Shown in pieces: positions 53,401 through 64,000 of a DNA stretch of 64,000 bases (the first letter of the stretch is position 1; each line of letters starts with the position of its first letter). Both the position numbers and the translations under genes were made by a program. This DNA comes from Saccostrea cucullata (lineage: Eukaryota). The stretch spans positions 1 through 64,000 of the forward strand of contig NW_026928000.1 in the NCBI RefSeq assembly GCF_032062105.1. Reading direction: 5' to 3'. The notes under the pieces were generated by a model. It made no database searches, was not told the DNA's origin, and was given only the letters and a program-made list of their open reading frames with translations.

Positions 53401-56400
53401 CCAGACTTGCCTTTCTGTGGTCACTACTTCTTGTAATGCAGAAGTTAAAGTCATACATTGATTTCCTTCTCGTCTTCAACTTTCCTTTCTTGTCCTTTCT
53501 GTAATCTAACCTGGTGTCTGAAAACCTTCTATTAATAAGAGTGATCATTTTTGGCTTATTTGGGGCTGGTTTCTGTTTCTTCTTTTTCTTTGTTTGTACA
53601 GGCACTGGTTTTTCTAGTCTCTTTGGCCTTAACACTTTCTGTGTGAGATTCCTTGTCAGTCTTATCATACATGGGACTTTATTGTGTTTACGCAGCAGCT
53701 CAGTTGTTTTGAATTGCTTATCACAAACTCGACACTTTGGAATTCGTTCAGTTCTGGGTTTCTTCTTCATTACTTTCACTTCAGAAACAGACTTCACATA
53801 CTTTTCAGTCGTATTTTCCTCGGAAGAAATTTGAGCATCAGATTTCAATTTATGGTCTTTTTCTTCATTTTGTACTTCTTTCTGAAATTCAGAATTATTC
53901 TTTTCCATTTCTTGAATGTTAGATGTTTCATTGTTTGATTTTTGTCTGCCACATGATATATGGTTGTTCACTGCTCCTGAAGTTACATGCTCTAATTGAG
54001 ATCCAAAAACTTGTTCATTATTCTGGAAATTTAAATGTTCTTTTGATTTTGGTTGAATTTCTCCATTACTGGTAATAGTGGCAAGTCCATTTACTTCAGT
54101 ATTGAGTCTCAAAGTTTCAGAGGCATTAGAATAATTTCTGTTTTCAGTAATGGTGCCTTGTTCACTTACAACTGCTTGCTCACTTTCTGCAGAATGTTTA
54201 AGTTCAACAACATTAGAAACAGAAGAAAAACTTAACTCTGGTGCTATGTTTGCATCACATTTAGTCGCTGTATCAGCAATGTTTGAATTACATGAATCTT
54301 TTTGGTTTTGTTCCTCAACTGGATTTTGCTCATTCAAATCTTCACCAATGACCTACTCAAAGAGAAAATGAAATTTTACCACAACATTTATTTCATTTGG
54401 TTAAAAGTCAGGAAGTCAGACAATATCATAATCATGCTTGTAATTAACATTTTCTAATATGGCTAAATTACTACCCATTGTGGTTTCATTATATGTTGTA
54501 AAACATCATATTAGTATAGGAAATCATTTCTTTTCATTTCTGCACAGTCACCCTATGAGAAAATGAGTATAAACAGATACCTGTGAAATGAGATCAAACT
54601 CATCCACTGGATTTCCAGTTTTCGGCACCACCTCACTGGCTGTGTCAGAAGAGAGCACCACCGTGACTGTCACACCATCACTACTCACTAGGCGGACTTC
54701 ACTGGGAATAACGCTTGGGTTTACACTTGGTATAACACTCGGCAGAACACTGGGATTAATGCTAGTTGTGTTATGCTCCTCCTGAGTGACCATAGTCTGT
54801 CACAAAAAATATATAAATAAATGAATATATAATTAAGCCAAGGCCTTCAAACAACTTAAGATTTCTTTAATTCAAGAAAATTTTAAAAATCACATGTGTA
54901 TAAAAATGTCAAAAAGTTTACCTATAATTAAATGCTATTGGGAAAATATAAGAATATTTTTTATTAAGTATAAAGGGGTGGAAATCGTTAACGTTGCACA
55001 TTAAAAAAAATATTTTATTCTAGGTATTAACTGAGATGTCTAAAAAAAACAAGAGGCCCATGGGCCTTATAGGTCACCTGAGCATCATGCAACAACTTTC
55101 AAATGATTGAATTTGTTTCATGTTTTAAGCTAGATGTTAAGGCATTCACAATTTTGGAAGAGGCACTCTTGCTCAACATAACTGTGTACTTAGTTAGTTT
55201 ATTTAAAACCTAGGAGCAGAGAAGAAGATTTTCAAAGATTTAATGCATTTTCACTATATAATCAATAGAGCCCCGTCATAACACCAGAACCCCTGACCCT
55301 GGGGCCATAAAATTCACAATTTTGGTAGAGGCACTCTTGCTCATCATAACTATGTACTTAGTTAGTTTATTTAAAACCTAGGTGCAGAGAAGAAGATTTT
55401 CAAAGATTTAATGCATTTTCACTATATAATCAATAGAGCCCCGCCCTAACACCAGAACCCCTGACCCTGGGGCCATGAGTTTCACAATTTTGGTAGAGGC
55501 ACTCTTGTTCATCATAACTATTTACTTAGTTAGTTTATTTAAAACCTAGGAGCAGAGAAGAAGATTTTCAAAGATTAAATACATTTTCACTATATAAACA
55601 ATAGAGCCCTGCCCTAACACCAGAACCCCTGACCCTGGGGCCATGAATTTCACAATTTTGGTGAAGGCACTCTTGCTCATCATAATTATTTACTGAATTA
55701 GTATATTTAATGCCTAGGAGCAGAGAAGAAAATTTTCAAAGATTTAATGCATTTTCATTATATAATCAATATAGAGCCCCGCCCTTACACCAGAACCCCT
55801 GACCCTGGGGCCATAAAATTCACAATTTATGAAGAGACACTCTTGTTCATCATAACTATTTACTTAGATAGTTTATTTAAAACCTAGGAGCAGAGAAGAA
55901 GATTTTCAAAGATTAAATACATTTTCACTATATAAACAATAGAGCCCTGCCCTAACACCAGAACCCCTGACCCTGGGGCCATGAATTTCACAATTTTGGT
56001 GAAGGCACTCTTGCTCATCATAATTATTTACTGAATTAGTATATTTAATGCCTAGGAGCAGAGAAGAAAATTTTCAAAGATTTAATGCATTTTCATTATA
56101 TAATCAATATAGAGCCCCGCCCTTACACCAGAACCCCTGACCCTGGGGCCATAAAATTCACAATTTATGAAAAGACACTCTTGTTCATCATAACTATTTA
56201 CTTAGTTAGTTTATTTAAAACCTAGGAGCAGAGAAGAAGATTTTCAAAGATTAAATACATTTTCACTATATAAACAATAGAGCCCTGCCCTAACACCAGA
56301 ACCCCTGACCCTGGGGCCATGAATTTCACAATTTTGGTGAAGTCACTCTTGCTCATCATAATTATTTACTGAATTAGTGTATTTAATGCCTAGGAGCAGA

Positions 56401-56566
56401 GAAGAAGATTTTCAAAGATTTAATGCATTTTCATTATATAATCAATATAGAGGCTGACCTAACACCAGAACCCCTGACCCTGGGGCCATAAAATTCACAA
56501 TTTATGAAGAGACACTCTTGCTCATCATAACTATGTGCTTAATTAGTTTATTTAATACTCAGGAAC

Positions 56567-56600
<34 letters not shown>

Positions 56601-59600
56601 CACTATATAATCAATAGAGCCCCTCCCTAACACCAGAACCCCTCACCCTGGGGCCATAAAATTCACAAATTTGGTAGAGCCACTCTTGCTCATCATAACT
56701 ATGAACTTAATTTGTTTATTTAATACCCAGGGGCAGAGAAGAAGATTTTTAAAGACTTACTGCATTTTCACTATATAATCAATAGAGCCCCTCCCTAACA
56801 CCAGAACCCCTGACCCTGGGGCCATGAATTTCACAAATTTGGTAGAGGACTCAATGCTGATTACAATCATACCAACAGTTTGACTGCTTGATGTCCGGGA
56901 GTAAAGAAGAAGATTTTTAAAGATTGCACTATTTTTAGTGGTTTTTGCCCCACCCCCCAGGCCCCAGGGGGGCGGGGACCACGAAATTCACAATTTTTGT
57001 TCCCCTTCACCCATAGATGCTATATGCCAAATTTGGTTGAAATTGGTTCAGTGGTTTCAGAGAAGAAGCTGAAAATGTTTAAATGTTAACGCACGACGGA
57101 CGACGGACGACAGACGACGGACGACGACGGACAAAAACGGATAGCAATAGGTCACCTGAGTTTACTCAGGTGACCTAAAAAAAATTTCATTCCCATAATT
57201 TTGACTAAATAACTAATTCAGAATCCCATTCTTGTCCTGTAGAAGTGCTTTTGTCCGTGTGGTTTTAATTTACGCTATGTACCCGATCACACATTTTCTG
57301 TGGAAATTTGTCCAAGCGTAATTAATATAAATGCAAGGCATATAGTGACAGTCTGAGAAATCTGCGTAATTTTCAACCCGCGGATTAAACGGTAATTGAA
57401 ATTCCGCAGAATTATGACCCCGTGGAAATAAGTATGTCTACAGTAATACAAATTTTTGCATTATAATAGTTGCAGAAAGCTTCTTTAGAGACCCCAATTG
57501 TTTAACCAAGCCTGAAATGTTCTTAACAAGAAATCATTCGATCAACTTTGCATACCTGTGGCTGAAAGGTTTCAACTATGCCAACTGTTGACAGCATGTA
57601 CTCTTCAGTGGCTGAGCCTCCCGGGGTGTCATTTTTGCAGATTTCAGATGAAGCCGGCTGTTTGCCATTCTCAATGTTAATTGGTCCATGAAGTGTGCTC
57701 TGGGCATGGTTTACAAATGCTTCTGTTTTAAAAAAAGTAATTCTTATGTGGTATGAAAACATTAAGTAAGGCTATCTAAATTTAATTCTCTGGTCCTCAG
57801 GCCAATTTTCTCCAAAACAGATGCAGAAGGGTGACATTTTATTTATCATTTAATTGGCAATAAAGAAGATGAGGGAGGTATTTTTTAATTGAATTTTTTA
57901 ATTTTCTTTAAAATAAAGATAATCCTTTTTATTCACAGATATACTTTCCATTTCTGTTCAGAGGGTTTGCTTTATCAATTGCTTATCAACATGAGAACAT
58001 TGAAGGCAATGTCTTCGAAAGTATTCTCAAACGAAGTAGTCAAAATCTCTTTGCAAATGGCTACCGGAAGTGATATTTGAGTACTAAACTACAAAAAAAT
58101 TAGGACCGAACTTTTTTTCCGGATTGATCTCCGCAATACCAACTTTTTATTTTATCAAAAATACAATAAAATTAGCAATGTGGCTACCTCCAAAACTGAT
58201 GCGCCTGGGCCTGAGAACCAGAATTTCAATTTTAGGTAGCCTAAATATGAAGGGAGGGAAGCTATAGTAATCTGAATTAAGTCTGACCTTGCCCAGCTGA
58301 GGTCAAGATGATTTCCTGAGAAGGTAGTTGGTTATACTCCTCTGTTGTGAGGTTAATGGGAGGAGTGTGGAGACTACGATCCTCATCAATAGGGGGCGTG
58401 GAGGACACCTGCTCAACTCGCACTACATGCATCTGTTACAAAAAAAATGGAGTAAACTTTAACAATATCATATCATGAGGTATAACCTCTTTAAAAAGAA
58501 AAGAAACAGACCATGTAGATAATGCTTCGATTATTACGAATAAAAATTTAAGTCAAAATCCATCTAACATCTCTTTGCTCTTTACAAGTTTACATGAATT
58601 TGATGTATGAATATGCAGACATTTGAAGTGAAATATTTCTATGTACATATTTCAATCAACAACCTATTGCTCACCTTCAATCAGCAATTACCGTATAAGT
58701 AGAATTTTTAGCGAGGATTTAATTTTGGCATTATTAGCGAGGGTCCTGAGATAGCGAAAATATAATATCGCTAAAAATATATTGCGTTGTAGTTGTTATA
58801 TCTTCTTAAGTGACCATTTTATAATTGCTGAAATTGCTTCTCGCTAAAATCAAAATACCGATTTTTAAGGTCAAATCGCTAAATTTGCGTCTCGCTAAAA
58901 TTTCCACTTATACGGTATCTCTTTTGAGATGAACAAATACTTACACAGATATTGCCATTCACTGATAAAACATACCTGTAGCAATTGGCCTCAAGAAAAA
59001 GAGTTTTGATAGTGTGATAGATTGTGAGAAGTATAGATCACACACACTTGGCTAACAAAGCCATTTAACAAACAAAAAAATCAATATTGTAATACACTGT
59101 TACACTTCATCTAATTTGTACATTTATTAAACTTAGATGTATGCATCATGTAAAAACATCAGAGGTAAGTAGATACACCTGCATTTATCTATTTTGGTAA
59201 TCCCCTTATTTTATATATAGATCATTCATATCAATATTAATATGCTCACCCCCTCTGATCCCTCTATGGAGGAGTAGTTAGGAAACCCAGGCCCTCCGTA
59301 TTCTTCCATACTACACAACACTGGTTCCCCCTGGTTATACAACCAGTCTGGATTACCCCCGTCTGGTATCACCTCAGTCTCAACATCTACAAGACAGAAT
59401 ACAGTTGAGCTTCGGTATCTTGAACAATGATTTTTTGAATACCGAAGATATGTGGAAGTTAGTTGAGTTGAGAGAGGTGCCTATCTTTTCTACTTTATGT
59501 ATTTCAACCATAAATTAAGAAGTTTAAAAATCACACTTTGTCAAGACTGACAGAAATATACCGGTAATAGAGAGAAGTACAGTTACTTTCATAAATGCAG

Positions 59601-60436
59601 AAAACTCAGGTTTTATTACACAATCCAAAGTATTTCTTGATAAACTAAATAAACATATACTGACTCTGTAGCTGCTGTGCCTGCTGCCTTTGTTGCTCTT
59701 GCTGCTGCTTGTGCAAAGTCTGAGCTGCTTTCAGCAAGGACTCGATTTGATTGGTGGCAATTTCATCCCCCTTTGCATCCCTTAGCTGCTGGAGTTGATG
59801 CTCAAAGTTCTCATATTCTGGATTGGGTTGGCCCAGTGGCTGGGATTTCGGAACAAAGGGCTTGTTACATGGCTGTTTGACATGCTCTTTCATCTCCTCC
59901 AGAGTAGAGAAGACAGATTTACAAATGAGGCAGTTGAGAGGGTTTTCTTTCTTCTGTCGTTTTTTGCTTGTTCCAGCTTTTGCTGCCTGCTTTAAAAGAA
60001 GAGTTTGTATTTTAAATTGTAGCTTTTGTTAAAACTATTATTTATAGTCTTGTGTAATAAAAATGTACATTTTAAACAACAACAAAAAAGCATTAAAAAA
60101 TTGTATTTAAACCTTAGATGCCCCTCTTCTGAATGAAAGATTCAGGAATATTTCACAACTTTTATTAAAAGTGATGGGCATGGATTGCATGACTGCACAG
60201 AAATGTATCAATAAAAAAACAAAATAAAAATTGGTATTCACCTCTGCAGGGTATTCCCTTTTCCCTGTGCCATTTGGTGATGGTGATACATCTTTGCCCT
60301 TTGGTGGAGCCTCTTTTTTGCAGCTTTTACTATGACGCCATCTTTGAATCGGGTCATAGAACTTGGCCATACAATGGCGACATGTAAAGATCTGTTTCTC
60401 TGTATTGCTGAGATTATGGCAAGGATGTTCAGACAT
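50477..60436 (-). CDS. Large, mostly disordered nuclear protein with three dispersed C2HC-type zinc fingers (~1686 aa, 7 coding exons)
   Basis: Exons (minus strand) 60436-60242, 59989(or 59986)-59665, 59386-59250, 58432-58288, 57722-57556, 54796-54581 and 54352-50477 are all GT..AG, phase-consistent and total 5061 nt. Fingers: CRHC-x12-H-x3-C, CLIC-x12-H-x4-C, CRVC-x12-H-x4-C. Also a poly-Q tract and a basic NLS-like KKKKKQK. The 1286-aa ORF in the track is the terminal exon. Confidence 0.85.
55048..57177 (+). mobile_element. Non-autonomous Helentron carrying a Cg170-like satellite array (intron of the zinc-finger gene)
   Basis: 5' AACAAGAGGCCCATGGGCC and subterminal TAGGTCACCTGAG, (GACG)n microsatellite, 3' hairpin TAGGTCACCTGAG-TTTA-CTCAGGTGACCTA (57148-57177), inserted in an A-run. 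Confidence 0.85.
55140..56920 (+). repeat. ~168-bp tandem satellite, about 10.5 monomers (Cg170-like)
   Basis: GAGAAGAAGATTTTCAAAGA..CACCAGAACCCCTGACCCTGGGGCCAT recurs about every 168 bp. Confidence 0.9.
57237..57443. mobile_element. Tc1/mariner-type MITE
   Basis: Imperfect TIRs CTGTAGA..CCGTG / CCGTGGAAAT..TCTACAG-TA. Confidence 0.5.
58691..58915. mobile_element. Tc1/mariner-type MITE with TA target duplication
   Basis: TA-CCGTATAAGTAGAATTTTTAGCGAG ... CTCGCTAAAATTTCCACTTATACGG-TA, with internal (TAGCGA/TCGCTA) repeats. Confidence 0.8.
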
Positions 60437-60747
60437 GATGCCTAGTTTCTAAATATATGATTATATACTTCAAAGTAAAAAGTTACTAGAAAAAAGTAAA
60501 CAAAAAGTCATGTATACACTAAACACTATAGCTCTTGGGCCCTACGATTACTAAGTGTTCCCTTATACATGTTATAAAAGGTTTTTCTTTCACATTGACA
60601 TTCACTTGCTTATCATGAAGATAGGTTACCATGACACAGCATATACAATTATAGGCTTTCTATTTTTGTATTTGGTTCATGACCACGAACAGACAACCGA
60701 GCAAAAAAAATAAATGGAATCTGAATGCTGTTTTCTACTTAGTTTAA

Positions 60748-63058
60748 GGGGGGACATACTAAAACAAGTCCCACGGGGAAAATAAGTCCCACATGAGTCC
60801 CACAGAAAAATAATGAGTCCCACCAGTAAATATGATATTTTATTAATATTTAACAACATATTTTTATAGAGTATCATTGTTTAGATATATTTTGAATAAA
60901 ATTTTGTCACAAAAATGTTTTAGAAGCCGGTTACAACGATTAGTTACAAAAACAAAGAACGATAACTCCTATATCCTCTTATAACTATAGTGTTTCCTAA
61001 TCCCAACAATAATGATAAAATTTTAGTAGTTTTTGAAAACAAATATTAATAGATATTATAATTTTATTATTAAATTAATTATATTTTAGAAAGTCAGGAA
61101 GTTCTAAGATGTTTTCTAAAGATCATGTATAAACAAAGAGCAGTAACTCTTACATCTGCCTCAGGTTATTGAAGTAACAAGCCATCCAAATTTTAATTTT
61201 AAAGATTTTATGAAACTTTCACAATCTTCCTGGGTTTAAACGCCTTGTGTAGCAGTTCTAACGACTAAAAAAAAACTACTACCAAAAACAGACATTTTCA
61301 ATCAATTTTTTTTTTTTTTTATAAATTTAACAATTTTACAATATCAAAACTTGGGAAATTCAATGAATTTTTTCAATGCTAGTCTTGTATTTATCAAGCA
61401 TATGAGAAAGAGACTTTTAATTGATATGTGCATTATGACTATACAGTCCTAGGAAATTATATAGACCTACAGAGCTAAAAGGAATTGTTTTAAAGATAAA
61501 GAAAGTGAACTACTTTACTCATTCATAACAATTGGATGAAATTGGAAGTGATATATATCGGACAAAAGTGATAAACTAGTATTTTAATAATATTTTTATT
61601 TATTTAAATTAAATTAAACTTTTATAATACTCTGTATTTTATAAAATACAGAGTATTATAAAAGTTTAATGTAATTTTATTTAAATAAATTAAAATATCA
61701 TTAAAATACTAGTTTATCACTTTTGTAATAACAATTAAGTGAAATGAGGAATCAAACTGCAAAAATCAAAATTCCAGTTGACTGAGTTGAGATAGCTGTG
61801 TTTTCATCCATTAAAGATATACTTGTGTTATGAAAAACTTTTAGTTAATTAGAGAATTAGTACTCAGATGCATGGGCTTGTATTCAGGTATCCTGGAAAT
61901 AATTTTTTAATTAATATGATGAACTTGTGGAAAATAAACATGTTTATTATAATCTAAATTTTTATCTTAATTTACATGATGAATAATAAACACATTTTTT
62001 AAATAAAGAAAATGGATAGATAACAGCTACTTCTCTGCATGGTATTTGTTCTACAAATTAATACAAAACTTCAATGGTTGTGCCTTTAATACTATAATTT
62101 TGAATCTTTTCATACAAGTCAAGAATTTACAATACAGTTTATGCTGTCTTAGTCTATTCTAAATCATAATTCTTATAATTTAATTTTCAAAGAATGTTTT
62201 TATTTATAAAATCAAATAGGAAAATTTTTGATTAATCACCTTATTTGTCATACATAATAGTAGCTGAAATTTCAATAATTCTATTTCTACATTTAATTAA
62301 ATATTTTATTTGAAATCAAAATGCTGTAACCTAGCCCCAGCATTGTTCAAAAGTTATTGTAATAGGTATACAAACAACAGGGAGACTGAAAGGTGTGAAT
62401 AACATCCCCCAGGTGTTGTATACAGGTACCTCCACGGTGTCTGTGTATATACCGTACCTCCACGGTGTCTGTGTATATACACAATAAACATTGGGTTTCA
62501 GAAAAACTTACCAAGTTGTTGTTAAATAACATAAAACAACAGTAAAACTATTTTAGTTTGTAAGAAACAAAGTAATTATATAAAATCATTATAATAAAAT
62601 AAAACGTACTTTTAGTTGTATATAATGTAATTGGAAGAATATTTTCAAACGAAACTTAAAAATTCAAGTAAAACAGAAGAACAAATTTAATTCAGAAATA
62701 ACACCATATTAAATTAACTTCCTTATTAAAAAATATTTTACAAATATCTATTTTTTTTTCAGAAAAAAAGTTACATGTAGCTATCAGCAGTAATTAAACA
62801 TTTTCAGTATAGTTCTTGGCCATTGTTTACATTTGAACAGAGTTATCGTTCTTGACTGTGGTCTGAAATTTACAATCGTCTATTTAACACACTTAATACA
62901 TTTTATCAAAACTTTTTTTGAAATATGATCATATAAATATAATGTTCTTTCAAAATAACCCTTTATTATATGTATTTATTGGCTCTTTTGCTGTGGGACT
63001 CACGTAGGACTCATGTGGGACTTATTTTCTCCGTGGGACTTGTTTTAGTATCAGCGGT
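60748..63058. mobile_element. 2.3-kb non-autonomous DNA transposon with long TIRs, TTAA-flanked
   Basis: ATACTAAAACAAGTCCCACGG..AAAATAAGTCCCACATGAGTCC vs GGACTCATGTGGGACTTATTTT..CCGTGGGACTTGTTTTAGTAT; TTAA at 60744-60747 and 63059-63062. Confidence 0.7.
61562..61726. repeat. ~165-bp AT-rich palindrome with a perfect 58-bp loop-less core
   Basis: 61613-61670 is exactly self-complementary (centre 61641/61642). Imperfect arms extend to ACAAAAGTGATAAACTAGT / ACTAGTTTATCACTTTTGT. Confidence 0.9.
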
Positions 63059-63417
63059 TTAAGGGTGCTGTCTATCATCGATAAATTCAATTTGTATTTT
63101 TCCATGAATGATGACAGCTCGACAGGTGCTCGGGTTTTACACTTCATGAAACATACGTTTCTAAATCAATCGGACAAGTTTTTCATCAAACTATTAAAAG
63201 AAGTCATGGGTTGTCAATCAAATTCTTCAAATATGACAAAATATTGCAATAAATTTTAATGGACACCAAGTTGTCGATATAAAAATTTAGAGTTATTCCC
63301 CTTGATAAATGAGTAGATGTTAATATTTTGCAAATCAAAGTGCTAAACATGGAAATAATACATTCCAACATGTAATCATGGGTTTTGCCATTTTTCTTAA
63401 CTACATTATTTACTCAC

Positions 63418-63540
63418 TCTAACGTTTTCCAACTCATTTTGGCGAGACTTCTCGTTCGCGCAAATCTATCTCTCTCGGAACGCTTCTGTATTGTTCTTCA
63501 AATCCGGGAAGATTCCTGAGACATAGATGGCGCTCTTTAA
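63418..63540 (-). promoter_or_regulatory. Candidate promoter / non-coding first exon of the zinc-finger gene
   Basis: CpG-richer patch, minus-strand donor GTGAGT at 63417, and a YY1-like AGATGGCG near 63525. Inference only. Confidence 0.4.
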
Positions 63541-64000
63541 AGTGTGATTTATCTTATAAAATGCAATAATTATAATGTATTTAGAAGACTGACCATATGT
63601 AATACTATATATTTCACTTTAAAGTATATTTTTTTTTAAATGCATAATAAGATTATGCCTTTTTACGTTCATTTTTTCGACACGCCAAATATACAAAGAA
63701 CGACAAATCTTTGTGTAATTTACCCTACAAAACGTACAGTGGTGGATCTCAACAATTTAGCACCTATTTGTCAAATAGTGTACATACAATACATTTTAAA
63801 AATATATATATATAAATAAGCTTAAAAAGTAAAAAAAATAACAATAAATATTTAAAACCAACACTACGGAGGTGATTAACATTAATGAGTTTGTATTTAA
63901 AAGTTTGCCTCACCGAGGGAGGGGGGTGCAAACGCTGGCAAAGAAATATACATCATACGTCATAAGTTTGCCTTTTCGCTATTTTAAACAGTTACTTTAA

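Noticed and set aside
52455-54785. Plus-strand ORFs overlapping the zinc-finger gene
   Set aside because: Antisense shadows of the long coding exons.
55140-56920. CRISPR-like array
   Set aside because: Whole monomers repeat with no unique spacers; it is a eukaryotic satellite within a Helentron.

Overview
AT-rich eukaryotic genomic DNA, very probably an oyster (Crassostrea/Magallana): it has GT-AG introns, a Cg170-like ~168-bp satellite inside a Helentron, and Penelope/RTE-X/SINE relics typical of bivalves. The left 46 kb holds a same-strand tandem array of five intron-containing genes whose terminal exon encodes a SEFIR domain closely resembling that of the IL-17 receptor adaptor Act1/CIKS (TRAF3IP2). 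Gene 1 (~532 aa) is a death domain-linker-SEFIR protein. Genes 2-5 (~262, 269, 329-340 and 163-167 aa) are soluble paralogues without the death-domain exons, graded down to a SEFIR-only protein. The SEFIR exon and the death-domain cassette are bounded by phase-1 introns, the linkers retain short Cys motifs, and three paralogues share an 18-bp core-promoter motif. Together this suggests an adaptor plus decoy/modulator array. The right part holds a convergent minus-strand 7-coding-exon gene (~1686 aa) with three C2HC zinc fingers. Intergenic DNA contains a frameshifted RTE-X-like LINE whose 5' part looks like an allele-chimeric assembly, plus SINEs, Penelope fragments, MITEs and Helentrons. All gene models were built by hand from splice signals and reading-frame continuity; no database searches were run.
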